DNA from: Dehalococcoidia bacterium
GTDB lineage: Bacteria; Chloroflexota; Dehalococcoidia; Lucifugimonadales; GCA-2712585
DNA: 64,000 nucleotides
Direction of reading: 5' to 3'
NCBI GenBank assembly: GCA_963665075.1
Contig: OY762063.1
Coordinates: 630,844 to 694,843 of the forward strand
The notes beneath the pieces are model-generated. The model did not search any database and was not told where the DNA came from. It saw only the letters and a list, made by a program, of their open reading frames with translations. Positions within the stretch are counted from its first letter, which is position 1. Every line of letters starts with the position of its first letter. Positions 1-10,297 of the stretch are shown here, in pieces. The position numbers were made by a program, and so were the translations under genes.

Positions 1-1
1 C

Positions 2-481
2 GCCCTCAACCGCAACCAGCAGATACCAGACTCCTGGGTGGTAGACCGCCACGGTCACCCCACCACCGACCCTCAGGATTACGAAGACGGCGGCGCAATT
101 CTGCCCCTCGGCGCCGACCAGGGGCACAAGGGCTATGGCCTCTCCTTCATAGTGGAAGTGCTCTCCGGCCTTCTCACAGGCCTGGGCTTCGGCGTCGATC
201 CCCACGGACGCCACAACGACGGCTGCTTCATCGCAGTCTTCAACGTCGCCGCCTTCCGCCCCCTGGAAGAGTTCAAGTCCAGCGTGGACGACTTCGCGAA
301 GTTCGTCAAAGCCTCTCCGCCCGCCGAGGGTTTCCAGGAAGTCCTCTACCCCGGCGAAATCGAATGGCGCACGGAAAACCAGCGCCGCCGCGAAGGAATC
401 TTCGTCGAAGACGCCACCTGGCAAGACATCTGGTCCCTCGTCAAAGACTTAGGCATCGAAGACGAAGTCGGCGCTCCATAA
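2..481 (+). CDS. Ldh_2-family dehydrogenase (malate/L-lactate/ureidoglycolate dehydrogenase type), C-terminal part; 5' end outside window
   Basis: Frame is open to the window edge. Peptide LPLGADQGHKGYGLSFIVEVLSGLLTGLGFG resembles the conserved Ldh_2 core. Confidence 0.55.
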   Translation, partial: ALNRNQQIPDSWVVDRHGHPTTDPQDYEDGGAILPLGADQGHKGYGLSFIVEVLSGLLTGLGFGVDPHGRHNDGCFIAVFNVAAFRPLEEFKSSVDDFAKFVKASPPAEGFQEVLYPGEIEWRTENQRRREGIFVEDATWQDIWSLVKDLGIEDEVGAP

Positions 482-544
482 ACCATCGCGGATGCCCAAT
501 ATGAAACGACGCCAGTCGGCAAATCGGAAGCTCAACCGAATCAG

Positions 545-1927
545 GTGAAGCCAATGAAGACTCCGAATCAAACCCAACCCCAAGCCATATCTCAAAAGGC
601 TGCCTCCGAAATCGCCGCCACCGTTCGACGGCTTATCAAGGCCGGCGACCCTCAGTCAGCCTGGGAGCATCTCAGAAACCTGCATCCCGCCGACGTTGCA
701 TCTATCCTGAGTTCCCTTCCCAGGGGCAGCCGCGATTCCCTCATCAACATCATGTCCCCGGAAACCGCCGCCTGGATATTCCAGCAGTTGAACCCCCTCG
801 CCGCGGGCCGAGTCGCGGCGCGCATAGGCGCACGCACGCTGTCAACCGTCGTAGGCAGGCTCCACCCCAGAGAGGCCCTGACCCTTCTCCAGGTCATACC
901 CGTCTTCAAGGCGCGAGAAGTGGCCCAGGAACTGCCGGAGGAAGCCGTTGACGAAGTCATCCTTGGGCAGCCCGACACCGCAGGCGATCTGATGATTACC
1001 CAGTTCCCTTCGGTTGATTCCCAGGTCGCCGCACAGGACGCCAAGGACTCCCTACATGATATGGGCGAGTTGCGCCGCAAGTTCACCGCGGTTTTCATTA
1101 CCAACCAAGATGGACAGGTAACCGGCCAAATCTCTCTGGTAGAACTGGCCGTCGCACAGCCGGATGCGTCGGTCTCGGAAATCTCCGAACCCGTCATCGC
1201 AACCGTCGCCGTCGACACCCCCTCCGCCGAATGCGCTCGCCTGAGACGCCACTACAACCTGACGCAGCTGCCGGTGGTGGAAGACGGCAAACTGGTGGGC
1301 GTCATACCCATAGAGTCCCTGCTCAGCGCCGTGGTGGAGGAAGACACCCGGCAGATGCTGCAAGTCGCCAACGTCTCAGGAGAAGCCGTCGACGCTCCCC
1401 TTTCCGCCTCCATCCGTACCCGCTTACCCTGGCTCACCGTAAATCTTGGCACGACTTTCCTGGCCGCCGCGACGGTTTCTATGTTTGAAACCACGCTGGC
1501 GCAGGTGGTGGTTCTAGCCGCCTTCCTGCCGGTGGTCGCAGGACAGGGAGGCATCGGCGGCACCCAAACCCTCACTCTGATAGTCCGGGCCATCGCGTTG
1601 GGCGAACTCGTGGGCGTGGTGGCGTGGCGTCTTCTGGTGCGCGAAGCCCTGCTTGGTCTTTTCCACGGCATATTCCTAGCCATACTTGTCGCCGCCATCG
1701 CCCTGGTTTGGCAGCAGAACCTGGGCCTCGCCCTCGTATTGGCGGCGGCAATGCTGGGCAACATGATAATCGCCGGCACCGTGGGCGCCGCAATTCCCCT
1801 CTTTCTACGCAGGGTCGGAATCGACCCGGCCGTGGCCTCGGCTGTAATGGTCACCACCATAACGGACGTTTTCGGATTCCTGCTATTCCTCGGAATCGCC
1901 ACCGCCGCCATCGGCCTGATTCAATAG
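545..1927 (+). CDS. mgtE: Magnesium transporter MgtE
   Basis: 460 aa. N-terminal soluble region with CBS-like part, then C-terminal TM domain with AGQGGIGGTQTLTLIVRAIALGE, typical of MgtE. Confidence 0.85.
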   Translation: MKPMKTPNQTQPQAISQKAASEIAATVRRLIKAGDPQSAWEHLRNLHPADVASILSSLPRGSRDSLINIMSPETAAWIFQQLNPLAAGRVAARIGARTLSTVVGRLHPREALTLLQVIPVFKAREVAQELPEEAVDEVILGQPDTAGDLMITQFPSVDSQVAAQDAKDSLHDMGELRRKFTAVFITNQDGQVTGQISLVELAVAQPDASVSEISEPVIATVAVDTPSAECARLRRHYNLTQLPVVEDGKLVGVIPIESLLSAVVEEDTRQMLQVANVSGEAVDAPLSASIRTRLPWLTVNLGTTFLAAATVSMFETTLAQVVVLAAFLPVVAGQGGIGGTQTLTLIVRAIALGELVGVVAWRLLVREALLGLFHGIFLAILVAAIALVWQQNLGLALVLAAAMLGNMIIAGTVGAAIPLFLRRVGIDPAVASAVMVTTITDVFGFLLFLGIATAAIGLIQ

Positions 1928-1977
1928 GCCTTAACGTCTGTCATCGAGGGCGTCGCGAAGAGTTGCGTTGCCCTCCA

Positions 1978-2529
1978 CTATGCGTTGGCTGCATCATCCT
2001 GTTTCGTGATTAACGGGTCGCTCATCGCCGCAACGAGAAGCGCAAGGGCAGACGGCAGATAGAATATGCCTATCGTGAAAATGGCCAGAACGCAGAATCC
2101 CAGCAACAACACAACCGGACCCCACAGCAAAGTCGTGCGGATTACCCGTCTCTTGTGGCTGAAGAGAATAGCCGTTAAGCCGCTGCCGGTAAGCAGAATT
2201 GGCACAAGCAAAAGGGCTAAGACCCAAATGCCGTTCACCTCAATCAACGTGGCCGAAGTGCGGACAGCCTCCGCCGCCGGTTCGCCCTCAAGGACTGGGG
2301 TTACTGACTCGCCGCTGTACGTCGGCCAGAAGACCAGGAACAGGCCCGCGCCCCAAGCCAGCAGATGAGCGGCCCATGCGGACACTTTTGAAATTCTGCC
2401 AGATCTCAACCGCCTACCCCTTAACGAGCCTGTTTCTCCGCCCCCTGGCAAACCCTTGGTATATCGCCATTGATAGAGTACCATTCCTCCCAATGACAGA
2501 CCATTCCCGAACCCAAGGAGGCGCGCCAA
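1978..2529 (-). CDS. Hypothetical integral membrane protein (start uncertain, probably internal)
   Basis: The C-terminal ~130 aa form about 4 hydrophobic helices. The N-terminal 50 aa are Arg/Gly-rich and overlap the divergent gene start, so the true start is likely downstream. Confidence 0.35.
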   Translation of the reverse strand: MARLLGFGNGLSLGGMVLYQWRYTKGLPGGGETGSLRGRRLRSGRISKVSAWAAHLLAWGAGLFLVFWPTYSGESVTPVLEGEPAAEAVRTSATLIEVNGIWVLALLLVPILLTGSGLTAILFSHKRRVIRTTLLWGPVVLLLGFCVLAIFTIGIFYLPSALALLVAAMSDPLITKQDDAANA

Positions 2530-3455
2530 TGACCACCGTAGGCTCCAGCAAGTACACCTATGAACTCGTGGAGGACTGGGCCAAGTTTCCCGACGGCATG
2601 AGCTTCGGCTGGCCCGCCTCCGTCGCCACCGACTCCAAGGACCGCGTCTACGTGTTCCAGCGAGAGAAGCAGCCGCCCGTCATTGTCTTCGACCGCAACG
2701 GCAACTACCTCACGGGCTGGGGCGTCGACGCTATGGCAGGCCCCCACCACATATACATCGCCGACGACATCGTATATCTGGTGGACAGGGAAGACTGCGT
2801 CGTCCTTCGATACACCCTCGACGGCAAGCCCCTGCAGGTCATCGGCGCCCGCGGCCAAGCCTCCGATACCGGCATCGGCCCCGACTTCGACAACGAAAAC
2901 GACCTGCCTCCTCACGCCGCTGGCCCCTTCAACTACCCCACCAAATTTGTCCCCGCGCCGAACGGCGACGTGTATGTGTCCGACGGCTACCAGAACAGCC
3001 GCGTCCACCGCTTCACCGCCGACGGCAAGCTCAAGCATTCGTGGGGTCAGCCCGGCAAGTCCGGCCCCTACGACCTGCATCTGCCCCACAGCGTCCTCGT
3101 CACCGACGACGAACGGGTCTATGTCTGCGACCGGGAGAACCACCGCGTCCAGGTCTACGACGCCGAAGGTTCCCACCTCGCTTCCTGGGACAACGTCCGG
3201 CGCCCTATGGACATCGCCGTCGACTCCGAGGGCGTCTTCTACGTATCCGAAGTCTACGTTGAGCAGGATAGCCTGGGACGGCTGGACCTCCTTCCCGTTG
3301 GCGAGCACCGCGTCAGCGTTCTGGACGAAAACGGCTCCATTCTATGCCGTTGGGACGCGGCTCTGGCTCACGGGATCTGGGTGGACAGCCGCGGCGACGT
3401 TTATCTGGCGGCGTCGGAAGCGCAAGCAGTCCACAAATACGTCAAGCAGACCTGA
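2529..3455 (+). CDS. NHL-repeat / six-bladed beta-propeller protein (amidating-lyase-like fold)
   Basis: ATG at 2529 is preceded by AAGGAGG. Repeated VYVxD / HRV..F / DG motifs (VYVSDGYQNSRVHRF, VYVCDRENHRVQVY) are typical of NHL repeats. Confidence 0.6.
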   Translation: MTTVGSSKYTYELVEDWAKFPDGMSFGWPASVATDSKDRVYVFQREKQPPVIVFDRNGNYLTGWGVDAMAGPHHIYIADDIVYLVDREDCVVLRYTLDGKPLQVIGARGQASDTGIGPDFDNENDLPPHAAGPFNYPTKFVPAPNGDVYVSDGYQNSRVHRFTADGKLKHSWGQPGKSGPYDLHLPHSVLVTDDERVYVCDRENHRVQVYDAEGSHLASWDNVRRPMDIAVDSEGVFYVSEVYVEQDSLGRLDLLPVGEHRVSVLDENGSILCRWDAALAHGIWVDSRGDVYLAASEAQAVHKYVKQT

Positions 3456-3462
3456 ACGCCGC

Positions 3463-5523
3463 CTACCTCGGAAACGCGTCCGACAGCCCAGCGTCCACCG
3501 GCAGCATCGCCCCCGTCGTCTTCGACGCCCGCGGCCCGGCCAGAAACAACACCGCCTCCGCCACGTCCTCCGCCGTCACGCTCCGCTTCAGCAGATTCCG
3601 CCGTCGGTAGAAATCCTCCAGCCCCTCGATGCTGACGCCGTGGGCGCTGGCGCGCATCTCCTTTACCTCCGCCGACCACAGGTTGGAACCCCGGAACACC
3701 GCGTCCGGGTTCACCACGTTGACCCGAATCCCATACTCGCCGTTCTCTATCGCTAGCACCCGCGCCATCTGCACCTCCGCCGCCTTCGACGCGCTGTAGG
3801 CCCCGAAGTCCTTCCCCGGCGACGGCACGTTCTTCGTCCCAACGAACACCAGGCTGCCGCCCATGCCCTGCCGCCGCATCAACGAAACCGCCTCCCGCGC
3901 CACCAGGAAATGCCCCGTGGAGTTGATGTCCATTGCCCGCTGCCAATCCTTCAGGCTCAACTCGTGGATGGCCCCCACCGGAGCGATGCCCGCGTTGGAC
4001 ACCACCACGTCCAACCCCCCGTATTCCAGTCGCAGACGATTGAAGGCGTCCGCCACCTGCTGCGGATTCGTAACGTCCATGTTGACCGCTAACGCTCGTC
4101 CAATTCCCTGACTATCCACAATCCCCTGAGCCACGGCATCCGCCCCCTCCGCGTCGATGTCCGACACCACCACGTGCGCGCCTTCCGCCGCCAGCCGCTC
4201 CGCAATCGCCTTCCCTATCCCGTGGGCCGCGCCTGTCACCAGCGCGACCTGGCTGGAAAGTTCGCCGCCGGAAGCGGCCAGCGTCAGCTTGTACAACTCC
4301 ATCGGCCAGTATTCCACGTCGTAGGAGTCCTTGTCAGACAGCGACGCGTACTCCCCCACCGCCTGCGCCGACTTGATGACGCTGATAGTGTGATGATAGA
4401 TGTCCCCCGCGATGAGCGCCGCCTTGGCGTCCTTCCCCGTAGACCACATCCCCACGCCGCGAACCAGAATCACCCGCGGGTGTGGATCCAACATCGGATG
4501 TTGCCCGTCCGCGTTCGCCTGATACCATCCCTCGTAGTCGGAAACGTATCGGTCAACGGCCCCCGGTAGATGCCCTGATAGATACTCAAGCGTCGGCGAC
4601 TCCCCCGACTCCATCCACAGCGGCTTAATCTTCGTCTGAAGCGTATGATCCGGCGTCGCCGGGCCGACCTGGCTGAGCGTCGCCCCTTCCGCAGAGTTCA
4701 CGAACTCCATCACGTCCGGGCTGTCGTCGTACCTCAAAACCATCGACTGGGAACGACTTACCAGCCCCCGGACGACGGGCGCCAGCCCCGCCGCCAACCT
4801 CCGGCGCTCATCCTCCGCCAGGACTCCCTCTTCCCCCACGGAAAAAATCGTCCTTCCCTTGGCCTTCTCCTCCACGTACTCAGCCGCCGTATCCACCAGG
4901 TTCAGATGCTTCAGGTACGCCTCCTTCGCCGTGTCGCCCCAGGTGAACAGCCCGTGGTTCACCAGAATCACCCCGTCCACGTCCGGGTTCTCCCGCACCC
5001 GCTGCCCCACCAGCTTGGAAAGCGCGAAGCCGGGACGCAGGTACTCAACGATGGCCGCCCTGTCCCCGTACACCTTCTTCAAAAGCTCATCTGAGTCGCG
5101 AGTGTTAGTCAGAGAGACGATAGCGTCGGCGTGGGAGTGGGCCACGCTGTGGTACGGAAGGAAGGCGTGCAGCAACGTCTCGATGGATGGACGCGGCGAC
5201 GTCGGGTCTATCATGCACTGGGCCAGGTAAGCGACCATTTCGTCGTCGGACATTGCATCCCGGTCGAACAGGACCAGCACGTCCTCCATATCCAGGCTGG
5301 GGAATTGCTCAGGTACAATGGTCTTCAGGTCGGATCCAGACCCCTTGACCGTCATCGCCTCCACCTCTCGCCCCCGAAAGTCCTTCAGCTTTGTCTTGAT
5401 GGAAGTGTTGCCGCCTCCCCAGACCACCAGGGAGGTATCCGCGCCGATCAACCGGCTCTGGTAAACCAGCAAGTCCATTTCGTCCTTGCCTTCAGCTTCG
5501 GAATCCGACCATCTATGGGGCAT
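3463..5523 (-). CDS. Bifunctional class II aldolase / short-chain dehydrogenase (rhamnulose-1-phosphate aldolase/alcohol dehydrogenase-like)
   Basis: N-terminal aldolase-II-like half plus C-terminal SDR (VTGAAHGIGKA Rossmann motif, YSASKAA catalytic motif). The ORF extends to 5559; the ATG at 5523 has a GAGGTG upstream. Confidence 0.8.
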   Translation of the reverse strand: MPHRWSDSEAEGKDEMDLLVYQSRLIGADTSLVVWGGGNTSIKTKLKDFRGREVEAMTVKGSGSDLKTIVPEQFPSLDMEDVLVLFDRDAMSDDEMVAYLAQCMIDPTSPRPSIETLLHAFLPYHSVAHSHADAIVSLTNTRDSDELLKKVYGDRAAIVEYLRPGFALSKLVGQRVRENPDVDGVILVNHGLFTWGDTAKEAYLKHLNLVDTAAEYVEEKAKGRTIFSVGEEGVLAEDERRRLAAGLAPVVRGLVSRSQSMVLRYDDSPDVMEFVNSAEGATLSQVGPATPDHTLQTKIKPLWMESGESPTLEYLSGHLPGAVDRYVSDYEGWYQANADGQHPMLDPHPRVILVRGVGMWSTGKDAKAALIAGDIYHHTISVIKSAQAVGEYASLSDKDSYDVEYWPMELYKLTLAASGGELSSQVALVTGAAHGIGKAIAERLAAEGAHVVVSDIDAEGADAVAQGIVDSQGIGRALAVNMDVTNPQQVADAFNRLRLEYGGLDVVVSNAGIAPVGAIHELSLKDWQRAMDINSTGHFLVAREAVSLMRRQGMGGSLVFVGTKNVPSPGKDFGAYSASKAAEVQMARVLAIENGEYGIRVNVVNPDAVFRGSNLWSAEVKEMRASAHGVSIEGLEDFYRRRNLLKRSVTAEDVAEAVLFLAGPRASKTTGAMLPVDAGLSDAFPR

Positions 5524-5704
5524 GAAACACCTCTGCGTCATGTTTGCCAAGCCCGCCAATTTCCAGTCAAGGAAAGGCGAGGCTCAAATTACGTTCAAGT
5601 ATATGAGCCGATCTGAAATTGGGCAACGCCGCCCTGTAACCGGCACAAAAGAAGAGGGCCCGGGATTGTCCCGGGCCCTCTTTGAATCGCTTGGATTCGA
5701 AGGT

Positions 5705-7921
5705 CTATTGGTACACGGGGACGGTGAACTCGTGGTAGCGAATCGGTCCCATGTGCAACAGGTTAACCTTGTACTCCGACACTATTGCCGGGTTGTAGAT
5801 GGCGGCGTCGAAGACCCACACCAGCGGAATGCTGATGGCGTTGTCGACCCACCAGTCGCCGAATGCCTGGGCGAGCTTGTTCCGCTCACCTATGTCGGTC
5901 GTCTTCCGGCAATTGTACTTGAACTCGGAGATTTCCTCATGCTCGCGGTATCCGCCGCCGTCGTCATACCACCAGAACTCTACGGCGGTGCATATCGGGT
6001 CAAGGGACGGGGAGCCGATTATCATCCGGTTGGCTCCAGGCTCGCGGCCCAGCCAGCGAGTGAGGGAACCCTCCCTCTGTTCCACAGTGGCGTTCACGCC
6101 GATAACTTCCCAGTATTCCTTCAGCTTAATGGCGATGTCGCAGTTCTCGGTGAAACTGCTGGTGGGGCTGCAGGCCAGGGTGGTATCAAAGCCCTCGGGG
6201 AAGTTGCTCTGGGCCATGAAGTTCTGGGCCTTCTCGACGTTGTAGTCGTAGGGCCAGCCGCCATCTTTGCCGGTCTTGCCTTCGCGGTTGGGGTAGGGCG
6301 CCCATTCGTCCTTGAAGTCATCGCGCCAGGGCGGGAAGTAGTCAACCAGCGGGAAGGTGTCTCCCGCGAAGAAACCCAGGTCGATTTCGTCCCTGTCAAT
6401 GGCGTGGTTCAGGGCCAGCCTGACGTTGACGTCCCTGAGCGGGTCGTTGGGATCATGGCCTGGGTTGGGGCCACACTCGCGACCGCCTGGGGGCGGCATG
6501 GGCGGGTCGCCAAAGCAGGCGTTGTTCTCCCGGAAATAGACCAGCCGCAGATGCGGATGTCGCCCGGGAAGAGTGCTCCTCGATACCACAAGTCCCGCGA
6601 CTGCCGCCTGGTCGTAAAGGTCCCGCGGCACGTTGCCCACATGGGCCTCCTGCTGTATCAACTGAGCCAGTCGGGTGGCGGGTTCCTTGATGAACCTTCC
6701 CTCCAGTTCGTGGAACATGGGGGTCTGGCGCCAATGGTCTTCCACGCGCTCGTGGACGACGCCTTCGTTAATCCTCAGGGAAATGTAGCTCCACGGTCCG
6801 GTGCCTACCGGATCGTCGATGTACCCGTCCTCGCCGTCAACGGCTTCCCAGTGGTCGCGGCTGATGATGCCGGTCTCCCACTCCTCGGAGAGCAGGAAGG
6901 CGATGTCCAGGTTGATGTGGGGCAAGTCCAGCCGGATCTGGTGGGGCGTAACCGCGACCCACTTATCCGGCGTGTCCAACCTGCCGGCCCAGGTTTCGGG
7001 CCTTCGCGTCTTGGTTGTCCCCTTGCCGGTCAGGAGTTCAAAGCCTAGGGTCACGTCGTCGGCGTCGAACAAAATGTCCATAGGCTCGGCGTTACGGTAG
7101 AATGGAACGTCGTCCCGCAGGTTGAACGTCCACGTCTTGCCGTCCTCGCCCACGCCCCAGTCGGTGGCCATTTCCGGCTGTTCGTCGTTGGTCCGATAAT
7201 GCCGTCCCACCAAGTGGTCGTAGATGGGCATTATCTTCTCCGTGGTCTGGCTGGCGGCGTAAGGAATGGTGAACTGGTCCGCCGGGGGCGGAATTACCAC
7301 AACCAGCCTTGAGGCTACGGGAACCTTCGGCGCCATCGTCGGCGTGGGAGCCGGCGTAGGCACTGCCGTCGGTGCGGGCGTCATCACGGGGGCGGGCGTG
7401 GGCACTGCCGCCTTCACGATGCGCTCGATGTCCGCCTGGGTCAACGGCTCTTGCTGACCTGCGGCGGCCGCGGCCACCGCGTCTGCGATTGCGGCAGCAA
7501 CGTCTTCCTGGCTCACGCCTTCGGCGGCTGCCGCCATGACTGCGCTGTCAACCATCGCCTGAACGTCGGAGGCGGAGATGCCTTCCGGCACGTTCTGAGC
7601 AACCGCGCCTTCGATGAGCGTGCGAATCTCGTCCTCAGAGAGAGGCGGCGCCAACTGCGCGAGTTCAGCGCGGATTCCTTCCTGGATTTGCGCGGCCATG
7701 GCAGAGCCGATGGCGCTTACCGCTTCCATGTCTATGGCCGCGGGCGCCGGCGCCGGCGCGGGCGGCGGCTCGGGCGTTTCTTCTTCACCGCAAGCCGCGA
7801 TGATGACGCTCAGCCCTAACAAACACGCCAACACGAGGGAAATCTTCCAATCTAGTAGTCTACGAGGTAAGGTCAAAATAGCCACCTCCTCAATTTGAAT
7901 TTGTTGGCAAGCCCGCCGCAA
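5705..7921 (-). CDS. ABC transporter substrate-binding lipoprotein, family 5 (peptide/nickel type), with long Ala/Pro-rich linker
   Basis: Lipobox IIAACG and a ~150-aa Ala/Pro/Val low-complexity linker, followed by an SBP_bac_5-like body (HERVEDHWRQTPMF). Start codon uncertain. Confidence 0.75.
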   Translation of the reverse strand: MRRACQQIQIEEVAILTLPRRLLDWKISLVLACLLGLSVIIAACGEEETPEPPPAPAPAPAAIDMEAVSAIGSAMAAQIQEGIRAELAQLAPPLSEDEIRTLIEGAVAQNVPEGISASDVQAMVDSAVMAAAAEGVSQEDVAAAIADAVAAAAAGQQEPLTQADIERIVKAAVPTPAPVMTPAPTAVPTPAPTPTMAPKVPVASRLVVVIPPPADQFTIPYAASQTTEKIMPIYDHLVGRHYRTNDEQPEMATDWGVGEDGKTWTFNLRDDVPFYRNAEPMDILFDADDVTLGFELLTGKGTTKTRRPETWAGRLDTPDKWVAVTPHQIRLDLPHINLDIAFLLSEEWETGIISRDHWEAVDGEDGYIDDPVGTGPWSYISLRINEGVVHERVEDHWRQTPMFHELEGRFIKEPATRLAQLIQQEAHVGNVPRDLYDQAAVAGLVVSRSTLPGRHPHLRLVYFRENNACFGDPPMPPPGGRECGPNPGHDPNDPLRDVNVRLALNHAIDRDEIDLGFFAGDTFPLVDYFPPWRDDFKDEWAPYPNREGKTGKDGGWPYDYNVEKAQNFMAQSNFPEGFDTTLACSPTSSFTENCDIAIKLKEYWEVIGVNATVEQREGSLTRWLGREPGANRMIIGSPSLDPICTAVEFWWYDDGGGYREHEEISEFKYNCRKTTDIGERNKLAQAFGDWWVDNAISIPLVWVFDAAIYNPAIVSEYKVNLLHMGPIRYHEFTVPVYQ

Positions 7922-8078
7922 GCGGCGAACCCACCCTTGACACCTGGCAATCCGCTACATCCTAAAAGCCTTGCTTGCCTTTGTCAATGCCTTGTTTTAG
8001 GTGCGTGGATGTGAGACAGTGCACTTAGGCGTTCTGACCCAGGCGTCAAATCAGGTCAAACTTGCCCAGGAGCAGCAA

Positions 8079-8495
8079 ATGTCTCTAAACGTATATCTGC
8101 ACTTCAACGGAACCTGCAAAGAGGCCTTCGAATTCTACCGCTCCATTTTCGGAGGCGACTTCGACATGATCTCCACTTTCGGCGAAGCCCCGCCCGACTT
8201 CTCCGTGCCGGAGGACGAGCGCGAAAACATCATGCACGTTTCCTATCAGATGGGGAACATCACGCTCATGGGCAGCGACACCCCATCCACCTTCGGCCCG
8301 CCAACCGCAATGGGCAACAATTTCTCCCTCTCTTATATGACAGGCAGCCGGGAGGAGACCGACGACCTGTTCGCCAAGCTGTCGGAAGGCGGCAACGTGA
8401 CCATGCCGCTGGGTGACATGTTCTGGGGCAGCTACTTCGGTTCCTGCACGGACAAGTTCGGCGTCAACTGGATGCTCAACTACGACGCGGAATAA
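8079..8495 (+). CDS. VOC/glyoxalase-fold protein (PhnB-like)
   Basis: MSLNVYLHFNGTCKEAFEFYRSIFGG... and C-terminal DKFGVNWM are typical of the PhnB/3-demethylubiquinone-methyltransferase-like VOC family. Confidence 0.6.
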   Translation: MSLNVYLHFNGTCKEAFEFYRSIFGGDFDMISTFGEAPPDFSVPEDERENIMHVSYQMGNITLMGSDTPSTFGPPTAMGNNFSLSYMTGSREETDDLFAKLSEGGNVTMPLGDMFWGSYFGSCTDKFGVNWMLNYDAE

Positions 8496-8671
8496 CCCCC
8501 CAGACAACCGCGTCCTCACCTCTTGTCCCTTCCCCCTGGACAGGGGAAGGCTAGGATGGGGGTGATTCCCCTTGCTCCCGCGGAAGCAGGAGCCCATTCC
8601 CCGCTCATCCAGAGTTCATTCTGAGCTTGTCGAAGGGCGAACGACCACGGCAAAATAAGGAAAAAGAAAAG

Positions 8672-8745
8672 CGTCCCAGGCAGGATTCGAACCCGCGACC
8701 CGCTGCTTAGAAGGCAGCCGCTCTGTCCAACTGAGCTACTGGGAC
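8672..8745 (-). tRNA. tRNA-Arg (anticodon TCT)
   Basis: Manual cloverleaf: acceptor GTCCCAG/CTGGGAC, anticodon stem GCTGC/GCAGC, loop CTTCTAA, T-loop TTCGAAT. No encoded CCA. Confidence 0.85.
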
Positions 8746-8817
8746 TCGACACGCCAAAGGCGTACATTCATTGTATGAATCCCGCCGCGCCTGTGTCAAC
8801 AAATTCGATGCCTCGAA

Positions 8818-9477
8818 CTAGACGGGCCACCGCTCCTGCCGGTACGCCATCTCCCAAAACATGTACTCGTAGCGGCTGCTGACGACGAAGGCCTCAACAA
8901 TCGCCGCCCGTTCCTCCTCCGAAGCCGACCCGCCCGCTTCGTCCAGCAATTCACGCCACAGGTTGACGCCCTCCTCCAGCAACCCCTCGGCGTACACCGC
9001 CGACCACGGCCCGAATACCGGATGGTCGATCTTGCCAACCACCTCCCCCAACTCATGGTACGTCCACGGGCACGGAAGCAGCGCGGCGATACCCGTCGCC
9101 CAGCTCCCAAGGCTGGCCGCGCTTATCATGTGGTTGCAGTAGGCCAGGTTCGCGGGCGAAATCGGCGTCCGCCGCACGTCTTCTTCCGTAATCCCCAACA
9201 TGGGCATCAGCTTCCGATGCAGGGGCCGCTCGACGGGCGTCGCCAGACGCTTCCCTATCAACTCCAACGCCGACGAATTCGGGGCTTTCGCCAGCGCAAT
9301 CGCCACCACGCGGGCGAAGGCAGACAGGTACTTGTAGTCCTGGATTAGGTAGTAACGAAACTTCTCCAGGGGCAGCGCGCCCGCCTTCGCTTCCAGCAGG
9401 AACGGATGACGAAAGATTTTTTCCCAAATCGGCCATGCCTCCGATTTGAGGGTGTCAGTGAATCGCACGTCAGGCAA
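8818..9477 (-). CDS. tenA: TenA-family thiaminase II / aminopyrimidine aminohydrolase
   Basis: FTDTLKSEAWPIWEKIFRHPFLLE...FRYYLIQDYKYL is the characteristic TenA/THI-4 N-terminus. Confidence 0.75.
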   Translation of the reverse strand: MPDVRFTDTLKSEAWPIWEKIFRHPFLLEAKAGALPLEKFRYYLIQDYKYLSAFARVVAIALAKAPNSSALELIGKRLATPVERPLHRKLMPMLGITEEDVRRTPISPANLAYCNHMISAASLGSWATGIAALLPCPWTYHELGEVVGKIDHPVFGPWSAVYAEGLLEEGVNLWRELLDEAGGSASEEERAAIVEAFVVSSRYEYMFWEMAYRQERWPV

Positions 9478-9482
9478 TTGGG

Positions 9483-9857
9483 CTATGCCTCTTCGCGACC
9501 GAGGGCGCAGACTTCACAGGGGCAGGAATTTCTCAAAAATTGGTGGGTGTACAAGCCCGTGTAGTGGGCGTCGCTCCAGAGGAACTGCACGGCGTAGTTG
9601 CCGATGGGCATGTGGTCCACGGCGTAAATCCCTTCCGGCACCGACGAAGGGTCCAGCAGGGCCTTTCCCGTCCACTCCTCGATGCACTGGGCGCACGGAC
9701 AGAGAAGCCGCAACTGCCTTGCGGAATAGACGCTGCGGTGTCCGTCCTTCCACATTATCGTGACGGACGTGGTATCCAGCGTTATAGAATTCGGTTCCGG
9801 CCTGCTTGCCAACTGACCCTCCGTCATCGAATATCCTTGTCCCAAAACAGCTATCAA
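9483..9857 (-). CDS. DUF971 (gamma-butyrobetaine hydroxylase-like N-terminal domain) protein
   Basis: 124 aa with LRLLCPCAQC ... NSCPCEVC Cys pairs and the WSDGH-like core typical of DUF971. There is a 5-nt gap to tenA. Confidence 0.55.
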   Translation of the reverse strand: MIAVLGQGYSMTEGQLASRPEPNSITLDTTSVTIMWKDGHRSVYSARQLRLLCPCAQCIEEWTGKALLDPSSVPEGIYAVDHMPIGNYAVQFLWSDAHYTGLYTHQFLRNSCPCEVCALGREEA

Positions 9858-9925
9858 CTATACCAGAGGCGATGCCCGTCTACCATTTTACGCGCCCCGC
9901 CACCGCACGCCCTATCTGCCTGCAC

Positions 9926-10288
9926 TCACTGAAATATAACTGCGCGATTTGTGTGGTCGTCGATGACCAGGCTATCGGCGAACGGTTCCGATAGATAAAT
10001 CTCAATCCTGTCCAGGCACTCGTCTCCGCCTTTCAGCGGAGTAGAAGACGCAACTACCCGCAGCCTGACGGAACCGTCATCTTGACGGTGTATTGAAAGA
10101 CTTGGATTCGCGTTGCACGAGTCCACTATCAATTCCAGCGTATTGGGGGTTAGCCACCTTGCTTCCCTGATTTCGACTCCACCGCGCCACAAGCCGCCGC
10201 CAACAGATTGCCAGATGAAGAAGACTACCAACCCGCCCAGGACGAACGACGCCACCGCTACGGCTGCATATCTGGGCCAATGCTTCAT
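9926..10288 (-). CDS. Hypothetical membrane-anchored protein
   Basis: Single N-terminal TM helix (AAVAVASFVLGGLVVFFIW). No recognisable family. Confidence 0.35.
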   Translation of the reverse strand: MKHWPRYAAVAVASFVLGGLVVFFIWQSVGGGLWRGGVEIREARWLTPNTLELIVDSCNANPSLSIHRQDDGSVRLRVVASSTPLKGGDECLDRIEIYLSEPFADSLVIDDHTNRAVIFQ

Positions 10289-10297
10289 GGTTTCCTC

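Noticed and set aside
2199-2528. 110-codon N-terminal extension of the NHL-repeat ORF
   Set aside because: It is Arg/Pro-rich and overlaps the divergent membrane-protein ORF. AAGGAGG-ATG at 2529 gives a sensible start.
9478-9925. Possible TPP riboswitch upstream of the DUF971-tenA pair (and upstream of the TPP enzyme at 11978+)
   Set aside because: No CTGAGA...ACCTGATCTGGATAATGCCAGCG-like THI-box core could be found by eye in either leader. An Infernal scan would be needed to be sure.
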